A stretch of DNA of 64,000 nucleotides from a virus: positions 1-64,000 of IMG/VR virus record IMGVR_UViG_3300044959_000303, one strand, 5' to 3'. Below, piece after piece: positions 19,197 through 30,300 of the stretch. The translations under genes and the position numbers were made by a program. How positions within the stretch are numbered: the first letter of the stretch is position 1; each line of letters begins with the position of its first letter. The notes below the pieces were generated by a model, which saw nothing but the letters and a program-made list of their open reading frames with translations, did no database searches and was not told where the DNA came from.

Positions 19197-19231
19197 TTTG
19201 TATTCTCTTGCCTTTTTGTTTTATCTATTTT

Positions 19232-20614
19232 TTACTTTATCCATTTGAAAATCAAATTGAAATTCGGACTCGACAAAATAAAAAACCCGGTTCCGCTTTT
19301 CAATGGTGCTCTTACAGGACCTCTTGCGCTGAAACCAAGAATGTTTCCTTGCGACCATGTCGCAAAAAAATCCCTGTTTGGTCCGGAGCTTTCATCGAAA
19401 TCTGTCTGATGAGCGAGAAGTATTTCATCTCCCACAAAATAACCACCAGCTGGTATTTTGCATATTGCAAAAGCAAAAAACAGTTTCGGCGAAGAAGAAA
19501 GCCCGGGAATGGTATAAGTGACATTGGAGTTGACCGGAATGCTGAATTCTGGAGAAACATCGACATTGATGCTGTCTGTAATTGTTCTCAGTTCTACCCA
19601 AAACGTTCCGTCGAAAAATTCCACTCTTCCAGTGTCAGTGTTGAATCTCATCATTCCAATGTTCGGGGGTGTAGGTCTTTGTGCATTGTTACCAACAGGA
19701 ATTCTGATATACGAAGTTGTATTGATATCCAGACTGTTGTTCAAAACAGTTTTTCCACTTACAGTAAATTTGGAAAAAACATTCATCGAATCTGTCGATT
19801 TGTCGATTTCGAAAATTTTCGAATTGTTCGAAACAAAACTGATTTTTCCCGTATTTCTGTTTTCTATTTTTACTTCTGTTGCGCTGTCGAAATTCAAGTT
19901 TTTGCTTTTGTTACTAAGATTCAAACCCGGCTCGATACCATTTGGAAATACACTATTGAGTGCAACACCATCGAATATGTCAAGATTGGAAGACGTTACC
20001 GTATCATTCGAAAAAATTGCCAAAATATTTGGTCCTATTTTTATTACGTAAACATCTTTACCATCCAGCGTCGTGTGATTTTCTACGGTTGGTCCAGTGC
20101 CGCCAATAATTGTACTGATTGTCTGAAAACTTCCATTGGAGTACATTTTCAATTCATTTGTAGTAGAATCGAACCAGATTGTTCCTCCTGTCGGTGATGG
20201 CGGAGGTACATTGTTTTCTACATAACGAAAAGTGGATTTCCAGTTGCTTCCATCATGCAAGTACAAAGCCTGCTCTGTCAGACTGCTTACATATACCAGA
20301 TCGCCGACATTTCCAGAAGCAGGAACAGAATCTTCTATTTTTATCGAAGAGGTTGGTTTCCATTCGGTTCCGGTAAAGAATTTCATTCTTTTTTCGTTTG
20401 TATCATACCAGAATTGACCAATGACCGGAGCGGAAGGCGATGCACTTCCGGCAAAATTTTCCAATAACCAGAACAAGTTGTTATTGACGACAATACCCCA
20501 GTTTCTGTAAAGATTGCCCGGCAGATTCAAACTGGTCGATGTCGTATCGATATTTCTATCCGATATTGTTATTTTTGGATTTACATTATTTTTGCTGCTT
20601 ACTTCTATTGCCAT
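19232..20614 (-). CDS. Baseplate/tail-fibre connector-like structural protein, paralogue 3
   Basis: NNLFWLLENFAGSASPSAPVIGQFWYD; IPVGNNAQRP...GMMRFNTDT. Confidence 0.75.
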   Translation of the reverse strand: MAIEVSSKNNVNPKITISDRNIDTTSTSLNLPGNLYRNWGIVVNNNLFWLLENFAGSASPSAPVIGQFWYDTNEKRMKFFTGTEWKPTSSIKIEDSVPASGNVGDLVYVSSLTEQALYLHDGSNWKSTFRYVENNVPPPSPTGGTIWFDSTTNELKMYSNGSFQTISTIIGGTGPTVENHTTLDGKDVYVIKIGPNILAIFSNDTVTSSNLDIFDGVALNSVFPNGIEPGLNLSNKSKNLNFDSATEVKIENRNTGKISFVSNNSKIFEIDKSTDSMNVFSKFTVSGKTVLNNSLDINTTSYIRIPVGNNAQRPTPPNIGMMRFNTDTGRVEFFDGTFWVELRTITDSINVDVSPEFSIPVNSNVTYTIPGLSSSPKLFFAFAICKIPAGGYFVGDEILLAHQTDFDESSGPNRDFFATWSQGNILGFSARGPVRAPLKSGTGFFILSSPNFNLIFKWIK

Positions 20615-20633
20615 ACATAAAAACCTTTTGTTT

Positions 20634-21323
20634 TTACTGAACGTTTATTCTTATGATATATTCTATTTTCAATTTTATGTTCAGACTTTTGGCAACCGGT
20701 GCAAAATTCACATATGTGAGTAGTTCTCCTATTCCTCCTTCCGAAGAAAAAGCTTTCAAACCGATTTCATCGAACACGAAATCTCCTTCCAGATTTGTAA
20801 TATTGTCGAAAGCAGGTTGTCCTGCAGGTTCATTGAAATCCAAGGTTGCAGTTATGATTATGTCAGTATAGGTTTCACCCAGCAAATGATTGATTTCTAT
20901 GAAATTTTCCGAAGGATTTGAATTGAATGGACTGTTTTGATTTATTATTTTGAAATACGTCGGATTGTAAAGATTCGCATCGTTTCCCGTAATGTTTGGT
21001 GGAAGATATGTTATTGTTCCGTCGCCGGTTATGGTTGTTCCTCCGTTTCCGAAATGCATTTCATGAATATGCCCTCTTATATCACCAGACAAGGCTCTGG
21101 CTATGGCCAATGTCATGTTTTCATAGTGAATTGCATTTTTTTTGTGAAGAACAACTTCTCCGTTCGAATTGGTTATTTTCAATTCACCAGTGACATCGAA
21201 TCGGTTTTTTTCATTGAAAATGCGATTTTTATTGTAAGAAACATTTCTTACGATTTTTTCTCGTTCTTCTACCGTTTTGATTTTCAGGTTATCCTGAATT
21301 TCTATTTTCGAAATATCTTTCAT
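20634..21323 (-). CDS. Baseplate-associated structural protein
   Basis: KKNAIHYENM, MHFGNGG, FDEIGL; located directly after the giant wedge gene. Confidence 0.65.
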   Translation of the reverse strand: MKDISKIEIQDNLKIKTVEEREKIVRNVSYNKNRIFNEKNRFDVTGELKITNSNGEVVLHKKNAIHYENMTLAIARALSGDIRGHIHEMHFGNGGTTITGDGTITYLPPNITGNDANLYNPTYFKIINQNSPFNSNPSENFIEINHLLGETYTDIIITATLDFNEPAGQPAFDNITNLEGDFVFDEIGLKAFSSEGGIGELLTYVNFAPVAKSLNIKLKIEYIIRINVQ

Positions 21324-21357
21324 TTCATTTTCAACCCTGTTTTATATATTTACCGAA

Positions 21358-24300
21358 TTAACTGTTGTAGTTCAGATTATCTTCAATCGGTTTTGTCAAT
21401 TGTAGAATTACAAGATCTTCTTTATCATGAGAATTGTCTTCGTTTTTCCAATTTTTTCTCGTAATGTCGATTACGATATTTGGCAAGAAAATGGCAGAAA
21501 CTTCACTTCCGCTGACCATTATATTTCTTGCTGCCGGAGGAACGAAACCAAATTCTATGTTGTTTCCGTTTACAAGATATGTGTAGTTTTCACTGGCGAG
21601 TGCACTTGTTGTGAAAACTCTTTTCAAAGGAATTTCTCCAACCGGAACTATATTGTAAGAATAATTCGGAATCAATATTGTTGTTGCACTTCCGAACAGA
21701 ATCAAACTGACATTTATATTTACCGAAGATGTGACAAGAGCAGACAAACCGGAAATTGTAAACAAACTGGCAGCACTGTTCGATGTTACGAAAATGCTGG
21801 TTTTTTCTTCGTTTATTCCGCGAGGTGTATGAGACACTCCACGATTTACATCATTCAATTTCCATATTTTGTGACCGCTTGTTTCCATGTGAACTTCTGC
21901 GTTTCGAAATTCTATTTTTTCCGTGCCGATCCAGAGAAAAGAACTGTCTCCTTCCTGTACATTTCCATTGAAAATGATATTCGAATTTCTGAAAGCAGGA
22001 TGTACATGAATGTTTTCTCTCAACAATATCGAAGTTTCTCTTGCGGAAATTGCTTCTTCCAAGGTAAAAATTGTTCTGTTTCTTATTTCCAACGTTTTCT
22101 CTTTTTCCTTGTCACTTTTTACTTTCAATAGTGATGCAGCATCACCTCTTTCAATTCCAGATATGTAGAATACACAGGTTTTTTCGATGTTTTTCTTGTA
22201 AATGATGTTTTGTGTGGATATGACTTCATCCCATTCCGAACTGTCCCAAGAAAATACATCCCACCCATCTTTACTGATGATTTTATTGTAATCTATATGA
22301 GGAGTCTTGATAATTCCATTTTCCGAAACGAATATTCCTCCAATATTTTGAACATTGAAATCGAGTGTATCGAAGTTTCTGGAACCACCATGAAATCTGT
22401 TGACTTTCAAATTCATGATTTCACTGTTGTCCCACCAGAAATATGTCAAAGTCGAACCATGAACATTCATGATTTTCATTTCTCCGCTTACATCGATTAT
22501 ATCATAATCATAGTCTCCGCTTATCAACGTCACTATTTCGATAGTATTTCCGGCAGATATCGATGCCATTGCAGAAATTGTAAACTCTACAACGTTTGCA
22601 GAGTATCCGAGACTCGATACGAACAATGATGAAACAGTATAATCATCATTCAATGTCAGAATCGAACCATTATTGTAAACTCTTATTCCATCAATGCCCG
22701 GGGAAATATCGACCGAACTCGAATATTCTTTTTTGTCAGGCGAAAAAGTGAATCTTTCGACATAAGGAGGACATAACATTTTTCCAGAAGAAAATACCAA
22801 TATCGAATTTACATATGGTCTTCGAGTAAATGCACTGAGAGGAATCGAAACATATACCGGCAAAGAACTCGAATTTATACTCAATTTTTCTCTTCTTGTT
22901 TTTGTAATATCGCTTCCATCGAATATATACAAACTCAGAATGTTTTTGGCACTCGATGTAGCACTCGAATTGAATGTCAGTGTATTTCCAATTATATCGA
23001 TTTGTGCTTCGTAACCATCGACTGTTGCATACAAATTACTTGAAACCGTAATGTTCGAAAAGATAATATCATCCAAATCGATTGTGAAATTTTCCTGATT
23101 GATGTAAAGATGTTTTTCTTTCAATAATGTAGAACCACCACCAGCTTCGAAAATTCTCAAATCGAACTGATATTCGTAATCCGGAAGATTTGCTGGAAGA
23201 AAAGTTACTTTCAGATTTTCGTAATCGAAAATGTAATGAATTCCTTCTTCCAGAAGATTTCCATTTCCAAATATTATCAACGATTCCCGATTGTGAGGAA
23301 CAGCATTCAGTTTTACAGGCAAGCCAGAAAGTTCCGATCTCGAAAAACTGAAACGAAGGCTTGTTATCGGAGGATAACCTTGTTTACCCTTGCCGTAAGC
23401 ACGAATCAATGCAGTGTCGAAAAATGTGACAGGTAAAAGTTCTTCCGGATGATCTTTCGAAATATGTGGTTGAGAGAGAAGACCACCTTCGTATATCGGG
23501 TTGAAAGGTGAACTTACGGTTTGCCATATAATTCCAGAAGTCGTTGTGGAAATTCCAGAAATTTTTACATCATACAACAAATCTATGGAATCTGCACTTA
23601 TTGCAATATCTTCATGTATGTTTGTTACGTTGCTCAATGGATATACATTGAAGCCATAATATTTGTTCCATAATTCGATGAAATTGTCTTGAGTGGAATA
23701 ACTGCTGATATAGGATTCGAGCCACGTGTTTCCTCTTGCATCCATGTAATCTTGAAATACTATTCCATCCGGAGTCATTACAGGTGCAAGATTTTCGACA
23801 AAGAAACTTTCATTCGGTAATGGATTATATATGTGAATCAGAATATTGTCTTGAGTGGCTTGAAAATATTCTGGGCTCAATTCCAATCCACCACCTTCTA
23901 CAATGATTCCCTTGAATGTACAACCAGAAATCAGATCTTCGACGTTTTTCACTGGTGGTGGTATTTCGAGTTTTCTACCGAATATGTTCGATGAAACAAC
24001 CTGATAATAAAGATCGATTCTTTCGGCAGCATTGATCCATCTTTCAATTACGATTCTTGTTCCATTTTCATATATTCGATCCAGAACGACGATGATTTCG
24101 TTCGTGGATATTATTATGTTTATTCTGTTTTTGTCCAATGTTCCATGAGTACCATTTGGTCTGAATATTGAAATTTTTCGAATGTTCGATTTCGACCACA
24201 ATTTTTCTTTACCAAAATCGAATGGATTGTAATTTTCAATAAACGGTTCTGTTGTAACTTCTGTAGTGTTGAAAAGACGAAATGTCGTACTCGAACCGTC

Positions 24301-27300
24301 TGTTTCGAACATGATTTTTTCGGGATGAAAATCTTCGTCACAAGATACTCTGTCGAAACGCAAGGTTGTTTCGAATTTTCGAAGCAGATTCAAATTTGCA
24401 GAAGTTGGAAAAGCAACATTCTGATCGAAATCGTCTATAATCAAATCGAGATTGTCGGTTGGAGGAATCAATGTTTTGGTTATTTGTCTGAATTTACTGT
24501 GATATGGTTTGATTTCTTCCAGATATTCTATGAGAGATTTCACTATATCTGGTCTTACTGTTGTTTCTCTCGTTGCATTTTCGATAATGTTTCCCAATAT
24601 CAGTGTACTCGATTTCACTATCCAAGAAGAATTGTTGTTCGATTCGGTAAGAGCATATCTCAACTGATTGAAAAATATTTCGTTTATGAAAAGTTGTCCG
24701 AGAAGATTTTCATTTCGAAAAACATTCAACAGATGTCGAAGTTCCAATCTTCCATCTCTGAAATCTATTTTTTTCTTCAACAAATCGATATTCGAATTCA
24801 AATCTTCATTTTCGAAAATTCCAAATATGAATCTGTTTTTGTAAAAAGCATCCTTCAATTGTATCGTAGAGTTCTGCTTGGCCAAAGTAATCCAAGAAGT
24901 TCCATTCCATTTTTGCCATTCCCACAAACCGAATCCATTGTCATTCAGAAGAATGACTTCGTTTTCTTCTATGAATCCATTCAACAAGGAGTTGTTTCTC
25001 TCTGAAATCGAATTGAATATTTTTACAGGTATTTTGTTTTTGTCAACTTCTTCCGAATAGAAATCCGATATCTGTATGAAATCATCTGTTCTGTATTTCT
25101 GAATATTCACAAGTTTCCATGAAATTGGATTGATCGAAATCAATTTCCATACGGACCACATGTTCGACAATGCGGGTTCGCTTCGAACAAGAACCGTTTG
25201 TCCGACATTTATCAGATTCGATGTAATCAAAGCATCTCTTTGAGTAAAATTATCGACAACAAAATTGGTATTTTGTGGCTCTTTTTCACTGATGTAGATT
25301 TTCGAAAAATCGATTTCTTCGAGAAAACGAATTTTTTCCAGTTTCCAATTCATGAAATATATCAGATTTCTTACAGCTTCTTCCCGATTTACAAACATGC
25401 TTCTTCTTGGTCTTACCGAAATACCCGTAGAATCATTCAAAGGAAGTTTTGGATCTGGAACTGGTCGATTTAGATAATCGAACCCTGTAAGGCTATCGAT
25501 CATTTTGTTCCACAGAACATTCGAAGGAAGCCAAGAAGATGTATTTTCACGAACAATATACCATTCTTTGTGTGAAATATCTTCTCTTCCCTCATCGTTC
25601 CAAGGAAGAGACAAAAATGTTTCGTTTTTGAGCGAATCATCCAGAGAAATCAACAAGGAATTGTTTCGAAGAGGAGAATACCAATTATGATTTCGGTAAG
25701 AATTTTTCAACAGAGAAGCAAGTTCTTTCGTAGACAATGTTTTCCCGAATGAAACATTCTCGGAATCTGTTACCCAGAAATAATATTTTGTAATTTCGAT
25801 ATTCTTCGTACTATCTTTTTCTTTTGTTATCACGTAAGGTGAATTTTCACCATATAATGGTACACCATCACCATTGTAAGAAGATGGTGGATTGCTCGAT
25901 TCTATCCATTCGGCAATTTCCACCTTCGATTTCGGAGCGAGTTTACCCCAATTTTCTCTGGAATATTCGTCCGATGTAGTTTTGTAATCGAGATATTTCG
26001 CCTTTCTCGTATTGAACCATATTTTTCCGACCTTGTTTTTACTCCATACTGCCGATGATTCTTCCACGACAAAAACACTTTCGTCCCCATTTGTATAAAT
26101 TGCGGGATCGTAACCAATCATGAAATCGACGTTTGTTTTTATTTCTGGAAGAATTTTGTCAGACAACGGATCGTAAACAGGAATCTTTGCAAGAATTGAT
26201 TTTGTATTTCTGTCACGAACTGTCAAACTGTCGAATTTGGACGAATCTACGAATTTGTTTTGAATTCTATGTACAGAATAGATAAATTTTCTTCCGGGAA
26301 GATTCAATGAATTGAAAGACGTTACTTTCATGATTCCATAATATTTCGGCAAGAAGAATTTTTCATTTTCATTTCGAAAATCATCGATAAACAGTAATTT
26401 GTCACTGTAACTTTGATTTTTCGAAATGTAATAGTTTGTCGAAAATTCATTTTCAGCTTCGTAAATATCTTTGAATCTGACTTCTACAAAATTCAATATT
26501 TCGAAACCGTTGATCGTCGACAGAGCACTTGCATCGATAAAATCTCTGAATTCCGGATTTGCTGTCACAATTACATCTTTCAGTCCCTCCATTCTTTTTA
26601 TTTCATATATTCCTTCGAATTCGACGGTGTTTTCTGCTTTTATTACAATAATATCTCCTTCTTTCAATGTTCTGTTTGCCGATGTTCCCAAATTCGTGAC
26701 AAAAGAAATTTTCATTTCATTATCGCCAGAAGAATTGGCAATAAAGGTAAACGACGATACCGCGTTGGTTATTTTCATGCATTCGAAAACAGACCAATCT
26801 TTGTATTTCGAATTTTTCACATCGAATACTTCGTAAATCCACACCCTGTCGCCCAGTTCGAATTCAGAAGGAATTGCTGAAACAAACAATTCTCTTTTAT
26901 CGAAAAACTGATGTTTCACTTCGTTCTTCTGCAAATGACCAGCAAACGAAACAACGAAGTCCGTGTTTCCATGATGTACATTCCACAACCAATGATTTTT
27001 GTTGTAATTTCTATCGAAATCCGAAGGTTTTTCCAGAATTTCATCATCGGCAAACACGATGTTTTCACCAAATGTTCCTATTCGATAGGTAATTGTATTG
27101 TCACTTGGTGAATCGACAAAAATATTGTCAATGACTTCTTTCCAACTGTACAGAACAGAAAAATTACCATTGTTTTTCTTGTACAGAATTCCGGAAGATA
27201 TATCGTAGAAGTAATTTTCCGACAAACTCGAAGGAAATACAGTACCACCGGAAACAATACTTTCAGTTTCTACCAATTTGAATTCGATGATTTGCGGATT

Positions 27301-30300
27301 TTGGCGAAATTCTTTCGAATTCAAGGAAAACACAATTTTTCTATTGTCGTCGACATTTCCATATTCCGAAGCAAACAACATCCATTCTTCCAACATTTCG
27401 ATGTTTGTTATGTTTGTTATGAACTGGCTGCGAAGTATTTTTTCCAGACTTTGTTTCGTACCTTTGGTTTTTATCAATCCTTGATAGAAATTGACCTGTG
27501 ATTTGTCACTTATGAGAAGATTCGAAAGATATGATCTTTTCTGATATCCTATGTTGTGAAAAGCATAATCTTTCCATTGTGATTCCGTGTTCGATGTATC
27601 GTTTATATCGAACAATGATATGAATTGATCGGCCAATTTATCGTAATTTGGCAGAATGATCTTGTCCGGAGTTATTATGAATCCTGCAATTTCGTATCTT
27701 CCGTTCCAGTTTTTCGTAGATATCGTACTTATTCTCAATCTTGGAAGAAATACGCCGAGAATTCCGTTGTTGATCACGTTTCCAAATATCGTATTGTTAT
27801 TGAAAACCAATGCATGTTCTATTGTTTCGATCGAAAGTCTTGCAAAATACAGAAGAGAATTTTCATCTTCTTCGTTTACAGGAATAATTCTGACAATATT
27901 GTCATCTCTCATGATTGCAACATTTTTCGGAGGAATTTTGTTACCAAAACGATTCAATACAGAGTAGAATCCCTTCTGTATCGTTTCCACGGGAGAAACA
28001 AATCCGAAATCTGTGAAAAACTTTATTTCTCTACTCGAAGGACTCAAAGATATCACATCACCTCTCTCGATTCCTGAAATGCACCACAACATGAATTCTC
28101 TTGCCGATTTTACAAAATCGATCAACTCGTTGTTGACTTCATCGTATCTATCGAACACAAAACCTACACTTTTCAGATAATCCTGATACGAAACCAGAAA
28201 ATTCACTACTTCTTCGATTCTTCGAAACTTTGTTCCATAAGGAATTTCTTCTACAATTCCTGTAGTATCCTGAAAAATGGTCGCTGTAATTCTGTATCTT
28301 TTTGGAATTTCACGTATCGAAATCCATTTTGTTGCATCGAAGAAATTATCACTTATGTGAGTTTCTTTTGCTTTGTAAAGTTTTCCCGAGTTTTCGAGAA
28401 CAACTATATCGCCAACAAAATATTGAGTATTTTCAACCCACTTTCGAACATTTTCGTTTTGTTGACCGACACCTATTGTTTTCTTTTTTCCATTTTTGTT
28501 TCTTTGCAATATTTTGAATGTTTTTGCAAAGAAATCATAACCGTTGACAGTATAACCATCTTCAACTTTTTCAATTATGACACCTGAATATACTACTTCT
28601 CGAAAATGCTTCTGATTGTAGAATGTAACTTTTACATTTTCTTTGGGAATCAATCCGAAACTGTCGCTATCGACCCTCAAATTGTTGGTATCCACGAATC
28701 TTCCACAACGATAGGAAAGGTTGGAAACAATATTTCTTGTCTTTTTTCCGAAATTTTCGGTAATATCCTTGAGATCCTTTTCGAGATAGTTGGTAATCCA
28801 TTGTTGCAAACCATAATTCATGATCAAACCGTTGTTCACATTCATTGTATTTTTTACAACAGAGGATATATCAATTTCTTCGATTATCGAAGAAGACTCG
28901 TTGTGTACAACGAGATTTCTGTTTTCTGGTCTGTGTCGATAATTTTCGAGAATGATTTGAACATTTGTTGCATCTGTTCTGTTCTTGAACAACTCTACAA
29001 TATTTTCTGTGTCCCAATTTGTCGATACGAATTTTGCCGGTTTGCAAAGAAACAAAATCAAGGAAAGATCGAAGCTGAAATTTTCACTTTTGTACCAAGC
29101 CGTCTCGATCGTACCAACATCTCCGAATTCGAAAGGTTGGACTGCATCTTGAGGAATTGGATATTGTGAAACTATACCTATCGAAATCGGATCCAGTAAT
29201 TCGCCGGTTGTAGAAACGGGTATGTATTTTTCCAGATCCGGTCTCGAAAATCTCGTATCGATTCCCTGTCTTGGTCCCTGTCTTATACGACCATCTCGAA
29301 GATCTTCCCATAACTTCGCATTTCCAGAAGTATATGGTGGCGGACCATATTCGGAATTCCACCAACTTGGTTTTATCGAAAAACCGAGCATTTCCCAAGG
29401 AAACAGATCAGGACGATCGGTATCGTAATACCAGAGATAAATTCCTCTCCAGTTTCCGGGAATGATTTCTCCATCCTGATCTTTCACTGTGCGATAATTT
29501 ATCGAAAAATTATCGTTTCCTGATGGAATATCTTCGAAAGATATTCCGTTTTCCGATAACCATCGATGAAATATGTTTTTCGATATTTGCAGAAATTCTT
29601 TTCTGCTGTATTCGGTATTTCTCCATTTTCCTTGTCTTATATCATATATCGAATATAGTGGAATATAATCATTTTTGAATTTACTTGGAGCACTTTCGTA
29701 TATTCTTTCTTCGAGGCGAAAAAGAATATTGTCCCGAAAATCTCCAAATGTCGATATTACACTTCCATCGTGTTGTCTCAACAACAGATTCGAGCTTATT
29801 TTGTCATCATTGTAAAATTGTGGTTTGTACAAAGGAGTAATACCGAGAAATGCAGGAGATGCAGGAATATATTTCGGTAACGAATTCGACGCTGTCAAAT
29901 CCACACCAGTGTTCCGGAATGGAAAATCGAAGTTTTTTCCAAAGTTTATTTCACTCAATATGGCATCTATCCAATCATCGGGATTTGTGGAATTGATCAA
30001 ATTCTTTTCCCAGAACTCATTGGTTTTTCTCAAAAATCTGTTTTTGAATCTTATGAATTCTCTTTCTACATATCTCAATGAATCGACAAAAGATGTATCT
30101 TCCTTTGTAAGAAGCATGAGCTTGAGAATTGGCTCGGTATGCTGCAATATTCTTTCACCTTTCCATCTTTCTGCCAAAGTATCCTTGTAATTGTTGATTC
30201 CAAATTCACTTCCCTGAAAACCAATCTGTTTCCTCATGCATTCCATGAAATGAAGAAAAACATCGTCGTAACTTACTTTTTCGACATCGCGATTTTCGGC

